Under the pieces are notes generated by a model. It saw nothing but the letters and a program-made list of their open reading frames with translations, did no database searches and was not told where the DNA came from. Below, one piece after another: positions 1 to 7,966 of a stretch of 16,371 nt of DNA. The position numbers and the translations under genes were made by a program. How positions within the stretch are numbered: position 1 is the first letter of the stretch; each line of letters opens with the position of its first letter. This stretch comes from Candidatus Thorarchaeota archaeon (GTDB lineage Archaea; Asgardarchaeota; Thorarchaeia; Thorarchaeales; Thorarchaeaceae): the NCBI GenBank assembly GCA_004524445.1, contig SDNP01000046.1:1-16371 (forward strand). Direction: 5' to 3'.

Positions 1-332
1 CCGAGAAAGAGGCAGCCCAGATCAATGGGGTAGTCTTCGCATTGAGATGCGTCCCGACAGATGCATTTGTTCATTACCCAATGGAAGTTGGCTTTGTCGA
101 TGAATTCGTGTATGACTTTTGACGGAAGAGCTGTTTCTGTTGGCATGTCTAGACTCTGATTCACATTGATGTTGATCACGTCATCTTTGGGAAGATACAT
201 GATGTCATCCCCTTCAAAAAGGAATTTTTCAGCGATGGTTCCAAGAACTGGCAAATGAGTAAGCTTTGCAATCATTCTTCGGTTAGGAAATGTCTTCTTT
301 ATCAGCTCAACGAGCCAGAGTGGAGTGCCCAT
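1..332 (-). CDS. Cys-rich 4Fe-4S/ferredoxin-type protein, N-terminal part only (runs off left edge)
   Basis: Not in the ORF track. Manual translation from ATG at 332: MGTPLWLVELIKKTFPNRRMIAKLTHLPVLGTIAEKFLFEGDDIMYLPKDD...HWVMNKCICRDASQCEDYPIDLGCLFL, open to base 1. The CxCR-x4-C-x2-YP-x4-C pattern is typical of the N-terminal half of anaerobe 4Fe-4S-binding proteins. The C-terminal ferredoxin motifs would lie outside the window. Confidence 0.75.
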   Translation of the reverse strand, partial: MGTPLWLVELIKKTFPNRRMIAKLTHLPVLGTIAEKFLFEGDDIMYLPKDDVININVNQSLDMPTETALPSKVIHEFIDKANFHWVMNKCICRDASQCEDYPIDLGCLFL

Positions 333-478
333 ATCCCGTGTCCATCATCTCTATCCTCATATTACTATCGATTTGGATGTGAAGTCGCCTAGTGACTCCT
401 TGGAATGTATTTTACCTTACCAGATGACACTTCATAGCATTTAAGAGAAAGGGGCCTCGAGTATGTATGTAGATAACT

Positions 479-1228
479 ATGGTTAATAACACATTGAAAG
501 ACAAAGTTGCCATTGTGACCGGTTCTGCACAGGGGATCGGGCGCAAAATTGCAGAAGAACTCGCTCTGAGAGGGGCAAAAGTTGCCTTGAGCGACATAAA
601 TGAGAAAGTCGTGCAGGTGGCCAGAGAAATTGGGAGAGAAGAGGAGGTCATGTATGTTGTTGCCGACGTTTCTAACGAGGATCATGTTGAGAAAATGGTA
701 AGCAATGTCTTAGAGCGCTGGGGGCACATTGACATATTGGTCAACAATGCTGGGATATATCCCTATAAATCGCTCAAAGAAATGACCGAAGCTGATTGGG
801 ATAAGGTAATCGATATCAATCTAAAGGGGATGTTCAATTGCGTAAAGGGTGTCTTGCCCGACATGCACGAACACGGCGGAAGCATCATCAACATATCATC
901 CATTGCTGGCACAACTGTAGGGTATGCTCAACTAGCTCACTATAGCGCATCCAAAGCTGGAATGAGCGGTTTCACTCGGAGTGCAGCAGTTGAACTTGCA
1001 GAGGACGGGATACGAGTGAATGCGATTGCTCCAGGCGCAGTTGAAACTCCTACAGTCAAAGAAACCATGGATGAAGAAACACGACAAGCAACAATCGCAT
1101 CCATCCCACTCAAGCGGCTTGGGAAACCCGAAGACATAGCAAACCTGGTTGCATTTCTGGCATCAGAAGAGTCATCGTACATCACAGGTCAATTGATTGT
1201 TATAGACGGCGGAATGACTATCCAGTAG
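479..1228 (+). CDS. fabG: Short-chain dehydrogenase/reductase, FabG-like (3-oxoacyl reductase family)
   Basis: TGSAQGIG dinucleotide-binding motif, NNAG, catalytic S...YSASK, IRVNAIAPG, C-terminal YITGQLIVIDGG. The acidic residue after beta2 (SDIN) suggests NAD(H) preference. Substrate not determinable. Confidence 0.9.
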   Translation: MVNNTLKDKVAIVTGSAQGIGRKIAEELALRGAKVALSDINEKVVQVAREIGREEEVMYVVADVSNEDHVEKMVSNVLERWGHIDILVNNAGIYPYKSLKEMTEADWDKVIDINLKGMFNCVKGVLPDMHEHGGSIINISSIAGTTVGYAQLAHYSASKAGMSGFTRSAAVELAEDGIRVNAIAPGAVETPTVKETMDEETRQATIASIPLKRLGKPEDIANLVAFLASEESSYITGQLIVIDGGMTIQ

Positions 1229-1319
1229 TGTTTGTTCTATCCACCAAAGAGATAATTGACTTACTGCAAGACTAAAGTACTCTTCATGGCTGCTAAACCC
1301 ACAACCCCGTGACTGCATA

Positions 1320-2126
1320 ATGAAAACACTAACGCTCCATAGCTATAAAGGCGGTACTGGACGCACAACCCTTGCCGCAAACATCGCAGCAATCCTAGCG
1401 CAGCGCGGGAACAAGGTTGCAGTACTAGATTTAGATTCATGGTCACCAAGCCTGCATACTATTTTTAGAATAGAACCAAACTCGGGATTCATGCATCAAT
1501 ACCTTTCTGGAAGTATTGACCACAGGGAGCTTATCACTGACCTTACCCCTGCACTGAATCTTGAGGGTGAACTTCATGTGGGCGTCGCTGACTATCATAT
1601 AGATGTCATTCGAGAGAATCTCTCAAAGGACAGAAAATGGCACATGAATGCTTTATCACGGCTCCTCCATCTGAAGGAAGAGCTACGAGATGAGAAATTT
1701 GACTATGTTGTGATGGATTCATCTCCCGGAATTCATTCCTCGACAGTGAATGCTGTTGTCGCATCGGATCTGACTTTGGTAATTTGCAAGATCGACAATT
1801 TTGATTTGGATGGCACAGTGCAGCTCATGGATGTTCTCTATGAACGCCTCGATAAAGAAACTGCATTCCTCTTCAACAAGGTCCCTCCACCTATGCTCGA
1901 AGAACCCAGGAGATCTCAAGTGGAAGACATAATTGAAAATGCGTTTGGCTCTGACGCAGTTCTCATGGGTTTCATGGAATACTATCCCGAAATACCGTTG
2001 TCCATGGGAATTGAGGTTCATGCACTCACATCTCCAGACTTGAAATTTACTCGAAACTTAAAGGACATAGTAAGCAGATTATCAATCGTGTCTGGTTACG
2101 CTGAATCAGCAAGTGGCGAATGCTAA
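1320..2126 (+). CDS. MinD/ParA-family (SIMIBI) P-loop ATPase with variant Walker A (KGGTGRTT)
   Basis: N-terminal HSYKGGTGRTT deviant Walker A, VLDLDSWSPSL (A'), DYVVMDSSPG (Walker B/switch II), LFNKV (G4-like). Confidence 0.9.
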   Translation: MKTLTLHSYKGGTGRTTLAANIAAILAQRGNKVAVLDLDSWSPSLHTIFRIEPNSGFMHQYLSGSIDHRELITDLTPALNLEGELHVGVADYHIDVIRENLSKDRKWHMNALSRLLHLKEELRDEKFDYVVMDSSPGIHSSTVNAVVASDLTLVICKIDNFDLDGTVQLMDVLYERLDKETAFLFNKVPPPMLEEPRRSQVEDIIENAFGSDAVLMGFMEYYPEIPLSMGIEVHALTSPDLKFTRNLKDIVSRLSIVSGYAESASGEC

Positions 2127-2737
2127 TGATACGGGCGGTCTATATCTTCGCTGAGGGCGGCGTTTCCCTCTTTAGTAAGGTATACAATCCAAATGAGGCG
2201 GATCCATTTCTCATGAGCAGTTTCATTTCAGCTATATCTGAATTCAGCAAACAGGCCATGGGTAATAGACTGAGTGGAATCGAAGCCGATGGCCGGTATA
2301 TTTTCAATTATCACCAAGAACCCATAACTGTCGTTTTGCTTGCTGATAGACAGAGCGAGGTTTCTATCAGTCTTCTAGAACAAATCGCTCTCAGCTTCGT
2401 GAGCAAGTACTCGGATATCATCAAGAATGGAGATTTCAATGCAAATAGATTTCAGGACTTTGGTCGTGTACTGAGCAATATCCTTCCGGGTACACTCATG
2501 GAAGTTGAACCTACGGAAGTGATAGAGCCATTGGATGGTGTTAGTATAGTCAGTCTTCCTATCGGTCTGCAGAGAATGGCGAAACTGATTCTTCGAGAGA
2601 AGAAACTCACTCCACTGAGGGCAGCAAAGGGTCTTTGCATAACAAAGGATGCTGCAGCAGAGCAACTTGAACAGCTATTCCAGTTGAAGAAGGTTGCCAG
2701 ACAAAAAACCCCAAATGGGACTCTCTATACTATTTGA
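2126..2737 (+). CDS. Longin-fold domain fused to C-terminal winged helix-turn-helix (alternative start 2120)
   Basis: The first ~120 aa (MIRAVYIFAEGGVSLFSKVY...DPFLMSSFISAISEFSKQ...ITVVLLAD...LLEQIALSFVSKY...FQDF) follow the beta-beta-alpha-beta-beta-beta-alpha-alpha longin pattern of sigma-adaptin/TRAPP-like proteins. The C-terminus (LTPLRAAKGLCITKDAAAEQLEQLFQLKKVARQKTPNGTLYTI) has HTH + beta-wing spacing. ATG 2126 overlaps the upstream TAA (TAATG). Confidence 0.75.
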   Translation: MIRAVYIFAEGGVSLFSKVYNPNEADPFLMSSFISAISEFSKQAMGNRLSGIEADGRYIFNYHQEPITVVLLADRQSEVSISLLEQIALSFVSKYSDIIKNGDFNANRFQDFGRVLSNILPGTLMEVEPTEVIEPLDGVSIVSLPIGLQRMAKLILREKKLTPLRAAKGLCITKDAAAEQLEQLFQLKKVARQKTPNGTLYTI

Positions 2738-2788
2738 GAGAAATTAATAAGAATACAACTGATAAACTCAGAGAATTGTTCAGTAGAT

Positions 2789-2793
2789 GAGGA
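2789..2793 (+). promoter_or_regulatory. Shine-Dalgarno-like GAGGA upstream of the peptide deformylase gene
   Basis: GAGGA ends 6 nt before ATG 2800. Confidence 0.45.
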
Positions 2794-2799
2794 CTAATA

Positions 2800-3288
2800 A
2801 TGGCTAGGCGGCAGATACTTCTTCTGGGTAATCCCAGACTATACGAACCCTCTATTCCTGTTTCTGAAGGTGAGCTTGAAGACTTACAGAATACAGTTGA
2901 CGATTTGCATGAAACATTGAATGCCTTCAGAGCTGAACATGGCGTTGGCAGGGCGATTGCTGCTCCTCAAATTGGTGAATTCAAGCGAATAGTATATGTT
3001 AACATAGATGAGCCCATTGTTCTCCTCAACCCCGAGATTGTACATCATAGCAGAGAGACATTTGAGTTGTGGGATGATTGCATGTCATTCCCAAACCTGC
3101 TAGTTAAGGTCGAGCGCTTTCAAAACATTGTAGTGGAATATAGAGACTTGAATTGGAAGCAAGTAAGTGTGGAGTATTCAGATGATATGTCTGAACTCTT
3201 ACAGCATGAGATTGACCATCTTGATGGCATTCTCGCTGTCCAGCGAGCGAAAGACTCCAGATCCTTTTCTCTACGTTCTGAACGTTAG
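2800..3288 (+). CDS. def: Peptide deformylase (variant motifs)
   Basis: ILLLGNPRL N-terminus, motif 1 GRAIAAPQIG, motif 2 DDCMS (canonical EGCLS), motif 3 QHEIDHLDG (HExxH metal site). Confidence 0.9.
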   Translation: MARRQILLLGNPRLYEPSIPVSEGELEDLQNTVDDLHETLNAFRAEHGVGRAIAAPQIGEFKRIVYVNIDEPIVLLNPEIVHHSRETFELWDDCMSFPNLLVKVERFQNIVVEYRDLNWKQVSVEYSDDMSELLQHEIDHLDGILAVQRAKDSRSFSLRSER

Positions 3289-3414
3289 AGCAATCTGCCT
3301 TAACCCTCGCCTAATATTTTTGCAGTTTCATCTGCTTATGATAGTGTCCAATTGACAACGCTCATATGTTCTCGTTCCATTTCTTCTCAAGCTTCAGGAT
3401 TGAGATGACTTAGA

Positions 3415-6400
3415 ATGAAACATGTCCGGCTCATACTCGCCATACTTATTTCCATCGCCGTTGTTGCTGCCATCACTGTTACGACCTACGGCTGGATATT
3501 GGGACAAACAATATACCAATCCACTTACTCGGCCAAGGCAGGTGTAGATTACTGGGCAACTTGGACTCTCGAGAATAACATCTTCTATGCTTCTATCCTT
3601 CTTGCAGTTCTAAGCATAATCACACTACCTCAGCGCTCAACATTCATCTCCTTTGTTTCAGCCCTCTCTCAAACTGGGCCTGTAGTCAAGAGACTCAAGC
3701 TATCTCATGCAATCATCTGGAGAATTATCGAATTTGGCGGTCTGCTTCTCTTCTACATTTCAAGTGGCGGATATTCTGTTACGGGGCAGAACGTTGCGTT
3801 TCTCATGATGCTAACTGGAGATGGATCAATAGCATTGTCACAGCAGAATATTTCGACTCTATTCTCTCTTCCATTCTACCCGGGTACGCCGTCAGATGCA
3901 ATTATCCAATTGATGCCTGCCTTGGAGGCATATCAGCTCTATGTTGGGCTGATAGCCACATTCATCGTGTTCACGGCTGGTCGCATTGGGCTCTCAATAG
4001 CAGCAGATTTCATGGCTCCGCGACGCGACTCATATGCCATAATTTCGAAGGCGTTATTCATAGTTTCTCTAATCGTTGTGCTGGAAATCCTCAGTGTGCC
4101 TATGTGGACAGCTAATGCAGGCACCTGGATGAGTTACCTCGCACTCATCATTTCCTTGGCTGCAGCATTAATCGGCGCTCTTGCGTTCCTAGTCATGCGG
4201 CTTCACGCAGGGGACGCATACCAACGGCTTCAAGGCAAGATTCAGCAACTGGAAGAGAACTTAGCGAGATTACAAGGAGAGCTGATTTCCGTTCGCTCTG
4301 AGTATGAATCGGGATCTCTCTCTATGGAAGAATACAGACGAAGGGTTTCCATGCTGATGGAGGACCGTGCCAACATAAGCAAAGAATTGCGTCGATTAAA
4401 ACTGGAACGTCTCTTACCAATTGGAACCTCCCCTCGAAAGTTTGGTTTGTTAGCTGCCATACTCATCGTCATGGTTGTCCTATTACCTGTCATTCAAGGA
4501 TTTTACTATGGCATTCAAATGCAGGGCGACAAATACATTGAATGGAAGTTCAACTATGAAACACGAAAGGAGATCGCCATTACAAATTGGGCTGCGGGTG
4601 TGACCGATATAGAGCAGCTCACTATTGATGACCTGATTTCAAATGCGACTCCTGAGAGCGAAGTTGAATTCCTCACAACCGTGAGACAATGGGACCAAGA
4701 AGCAAGTTATCTTCGAATGAAAAACCAGATAGGCACAAATTGGATGCAGTTGGCGGGTTCGGACATTGTGTATTTGAATGGGCAGCAGTATTGGATAGCT
4801 CCGTTGACGTTTGACTACGGCACAATATCAACCAGTTTCATCAATCAGAGGCTGATATATACACATACTGAAGGGATTGTTATCTTAGATGCCTATAGCG
4901 GCGACATTGTAGAAGATGATGCCCTCGTCGCATTATTCAACAGAACAGAGCCGGTCACGATGTATTATGGTGAGGGCACTGGGTTCCGAGGACCAGTATT
5001 TCCCAATGTTCCATCAGTTCAGGAAATTGGCAACAACTCATTTCAGGGAACACCAGATTATAAGCTCCAAGGCTTTGAGTCATTCTACTATATGCTCACT
5101 CAGGGTCCGGAAGCTTGGTCATTCCTTGGACAAGAGATGGATATTCTGATTGAGAGAAATGTTCTGTCGCGTGTTCAGAATGTCTTGCTACAAGGTCTTC
5201 GAGCAGATAACGATCCGTATATCGTGGTGGCACCTGATGGCACATTTAGTTATGCTGTATCAATATATGTTGATTATCGCCTTGCCACGGCATATGCCCA
5301 CGAGAAGTACATGCGGTTCATGGGCGTTGCCCTCGTTGATATTGAAAATGGCGATATTGAGTTCTATAGTCAGCCATTAGTGAACTCCTCTTTCTTCATT
5401 GACCAGACATTCGTAGACCATTATGACTGGCAGCAGGCACCAGATTGGCTTCAAAGACAAATGAAATGGCCGGAGGACTTGTATGAGCGTCAATTGGATG
5501 TAGCATATATTTACCACGTGACTGATGGTTTCCTGTGGAAGGGTGGAAATGATTTTCACGAGTCACCGGAAGGGTCTGATACTCGTTACATCGTGATGCG
5601 TATTGGTGGACTTGACAGATTCGTTGCAATCCATAACTCAGAATTCTTAGATTCAGCAGGACGAAATCTTGCTGGCCTATACACGATTGGCTGTGGAAAC
5701 AAGGACTTCGGAAAACTCCAATTTTATAGCGCTTCAAGTCAAGGGTTCTCGACATTGCTTGGTCCTAATGCTGCGGTTCAGGCATTCGAAACCAATGAAG
5801 ACGTGAGAACGCAATTACAGCTTTGGGGCGATTATCGCTATGGCAATCGTCTTATCTATCATTTGGGTGGTGACTTATTCTTTGTAGTTCCAGTGTTTCT
5901 TGTCGTGGAAACCTCAACGGACAGAGTTATTCAGAAACTGGGAGGCGTTGGCTTGGTTGACGCCGGCACTGGAGAACGTGTTACGTTGGGAGAGAATGTC
6001 ATTGAGGCATATTACAAAATGTTTGGACTACTGAATCGTAGCATTATTGGAGAGGGTGAGGTTGGTATCGAGAATGCTGCGTTCAATCCACTGACCATTG
6101 AATCGGGCGAACTATCACAGCTCTCTATGATATTACGAAACAATGACAATACTGAACATAATCTAACCGTTGACATAACTGTTGCAGCTGGCAACTTCTC
6201 TGTGTTCTGGCATGGTGCAGAAGTGTCACCAATTGCCAACCCATCAAATACAACATTTTCACTCAATATTGGAACTGTAGGCTCAGGTGATTACTACGGG
6301 ACAACTCCATCTTTGACTGCATATCTGCCCGATGGCATTGTATCAGCTCAATACCTGGTAGTTGTGACACTAAGAACCGAAGATGGCATCGAGGATCAGC

Positions 6401-6426
6401 TGAGTCTGATACTGACAATCACTTGA
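3415..6426 (+). CDS. UPF0182-family multi-pass membrane protein with cytoplasmic coiled-coil insert and C-terminal Ig-like domain
   Basis: About 7-8 hydrophobic helices in the first ~365 aa, then a large soluble region with UPF0182-like motifs (VRQWD, RLIYTHTEG, MYYGE, DNDPYIVV, WPEDLY, YGN..IY, FVVPVF). The last ~125 aa are beta-rich. Confidence 0.8.
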   Translation: MKHVRLILAILISIAVVAAITVTTYGWILGQTIYQSTYSAKAGVDYWATWTLENNIFYASILLAVLSIITLPQRSTFISFVSALSQTGPVVKRLKLSHAIIWRIIEFGGLLLFYISSGGYSVTGQNVAFLMMLTGDGSIALSQQNISTLFSLPFYPGTPSDAIIQLMPALEAYQLYVGLIATFIVFTAGRIGLSIAADFMAPRRDSYAIISKALFIVSLIVVLEILSVPMWTANAGTWMSYLALIISLAAALIGALAFLVMRLHAGDAYQRLQGKIQQLEENLARLQGELISVRSEYESGSLSMEEYRRRVSMLMEDRANISKELRRLKLERLLPIGTSPRKFGLLAAILIVMVVLLPVIQGFYYGIQMQGDKYIEWKFNYETRKEIAITNWAAGVTDIEQLTIDDLISNATPESEVEFLTTVRQWDQEASYLRMKNQIGTNWMQLAGSDIVYLNGQQYWIAPLTFDYGTISTSFINQRLIYTHTEGIVILDAYSGDIVEDDALVALFNRTEPVTMYYGEGTGFRGPVFPNVPSVQEIGNNSFQGTPDYKLQGFESFYYMLTQGPEAWSFLGQEMDILIERNVLSRVQNVLLQGLRADNDPYIVVAPDGTFSYAVSIYVDYRLATAYAHEKYMRFMGVALVDIENGDIEFYSQPLVNSSFFIDQTFVDHYDWQQAPDWLQRQMKWPEDLYERQLDVAYIYHVTDGFLWKGGNDFHESPEGSDTRYIVMRIGGLDRFVAIHNSEFLDSAGRNLAGLYTIGCGNKDFGKLQFYSASSQGFSTLLGPNAAVQAFETNEDVRTQLQLWGDYRYGNRLIYHLGGDLFFVVPVFLVVETSTDRVIQKLGGVGLVDAGTGERVTLGENVIEAYYKMFGLLNRSIIGEGEVGIENAAFNPLTIESGELSQLSMILRNNDNTEHNLTVDITVAAGNFSVFWHGAEVSPIANPSNTTFSLNIGTVGSGDYYGTTPSLTAYLPDGIVSAQYLVVVTLRTEDGIEDQLSLILTIT

Positions 6427-6431
6427 GAAAC

Positions 6432-7379
6432 CTACTCAGTGTGATTTCGATACCATGACAAGGTCTCGGACAAACCATCTTTCAATGATTTTGAGGGGTT
6501 GAATCCGAGGACTCTCTTAGCTCGGGCAATGGATCCAATACTATCTCTAACATCTCCCGGTCTCTTCGGTTGATGTAGGATTTCAAGCTTTTTATCCTTC
6601 TCCAACTCATCAATCATGCTAGCCAGTTCTAGGATGCTTATCTGATCGGTGCCTGATATGTTCAGAACCTGCCCGATGGCATTGTCCTGTTCAGCGGCTT
6701 TGATTGTTGCTTCTACTACATCATCAACATGAATGAAGCTACGAGTCTGCTTTCCATCCCCCTCTACTGTTAGTTGTTGCCCTCTAAGAGCTTGATTCAG
6801 AAATATTGAGATCACACCGCTGTACTCGGAGTAGGTTTGCCTGGGGCCAAAGACATTGAAGTATCGAAGAATGGTGGCATCAATAGGAAATGCTTCCTGA
6901 TATGCGCTTAGATAGTTCTCAGCTGATAATTTGGATGCAGCATAGGGACTCAGAGGATGCGTTGGTTCATCCTCCTTGACTGGCAAATCTTCGGGTTTAC
7001 CGTAGACTGCTGCACTGGAACTGAACACAACTCGAGGGGTGTTACAGTATCTAGCAAGTTCCAGCATCATTAGCGTGCCTGTGGCGTTTATTTCGTGTAC
7101 TACTAGAGGCTGCTCGCAGGATAGTCTTACCGAGGATATTGCAGCAAGATGGAACAGAGCATCATATTCACCATTTACAGATTCTCTGAGTTTCGGATTC
7201 GTGATATCCATCTGTAAAAACTCAAATCTGTCAGTTCCCAGAAATGTTGCCATATTTTGCTTAGTACCAGTTCTGAGGTTATCTACTCCAAGAACTGAGC
7301 TCCCGCGATTCAACAATTTTTCTGTAAGATGGCTCCCGATAAATCCTGCACAGCCAGTGACAATTGCCTTCATTGACAC
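6432..7379 (-). CDS. NAD-dependent nucleotide-sugar epimerase/dehydratase (GalE/WbpP-like extended SDR)
   Basis: VTGCAGFIGS, FHLAA, SSSAAVYG, PLSPYAASK, LRYFNVFGPRQ, GDGKQTRSF, RPGDV. GTG start with GGAG 7 nt upstream (alternative ATG 7373). Confidence 0.92.
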   Translation of the reverse strand: MSMKAIVTGCAGFIGSHLTEKLLNRGSSVLGVDNLRTGTKQNMATFLGTDRFEFLQMDITNPKLRESVNGEYDALFHLAAISSVRLSCEQPLVVHEINATGTLMMLELARYCNTPRVVFSSSAAVYGKPEDLPVKEDEPTHPLSPYAASKLSAENYLSAYQEAFPIDATILRYFNVFGPRQTYSEYSGVISIFLNQALRGQQLTVEGDGKQTRSFIHVDDVVEATIKAAEQDNAIGQVLNISGTDQISILELASMIDELEKDKKLEILHQPKRPGDVRDSIGSIARAKRVLGFNPSKSLKDGLSETLSWYRNHTE

Positions 7380-7507
7380 ATCAGGTCTCCGTTATGTTTT
7401 TGGCTTCAGAGTTATTGAGTCCTCTTACAGGCTCAAATATACGTCTCTCCGCCATCATTTCCAGCTCATAGGGCGAAGAAGCCAGCATATGAATGCTGCC
7501 CCATCAT

Positions 7508-7536
7508 AGAGTGCAAACTTCTATATTTTGAACTCT
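7508..7536. promoter_or_regulatory. Imperfect inverted repeat flanking a TATA-like core (candidate operator)
   Basis: AGAGTGCAAA-cttctatat-TTTGAACTCT, 9/10 arm match, ending 27 nt upstream of the GIY-YIG ATG in the divergent intergenic region. Confidence 0.35.
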
Positions 7537-7563
7537 GCTACGCATAATATAGTGACACTCAGC

Positions 7564-7851
7564 ATGTACTTCGTGTACATTATAGAAACTGAAGATGGTA
7601 CCTACTACACAGGACAGACCAATGACTTAGCGCGCAGGTTGAAAGAGCACGCCTATAGCAATTCACATGGATCTTTCTATCTTCGGATGCATAAGCCAAA
7701 ATTTGTGGTACATCTGGAACAGTTTGAAAGCAGGTCGGAAGCCATGCAGAGGGAACTGGAGATAAAGAACAATCGTAAGCTCAAAATGGAATTAATTGGG
7801 CCACGGCGGGATATCCGGGAAGTAATTGCCACTGAAGAGAGCTACAAATAG
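7564..7851 (+). CDS. Small GIY-YIG nuclease family protein (UPF0213/YhbQ-like)
   Basis: MYFVYII...GTYYTGQTNDLARRLKEH and E.FESRSEAMQRELEIK. ATG 7564 is preferred over TTG 7528. Confidence 0.88.
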   Translation: MYFVYIIETEDGTYYTGQTNDLARRLKEHAYSNSHGSFYLRMHKPKFVVHLEQFESRSEAMQRELEIKNNRKLKMELIGPRRDIREVIATEESYK

Positions 7852-7966
7852 TAAATCCCGGCCTTTGCAACAATCCCTTGCTTGGTAATATGACTCTCAT
7901 GAGGAGTTAGAATCCTTATATTTGCAGAAATGAAGATAATCATGTATGCGAGGAAGTGGTTCATTT

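Noticed and set aside
7039-7509. 156-aa plus-strand ORF and the other short ORFs overlapping major genes (e.g. 389-685, 1719-2021, 5396-5755, 7976-8326, 9080-9397, 9379-9711, 14553-14852, 16062-16355)
   Set aside because: They are antisense or out-of-frame shadows of better-supported genes, with no recognisable motifs.
7564-7851. GIY-YIG gene as a homing endonuclease or mobile element
   Set aside because: It is only 95 aa with no DNA-binding extension, and no intron, terminal repeats or target duplication was seen. It fits the stand-alone UPF0213 type.
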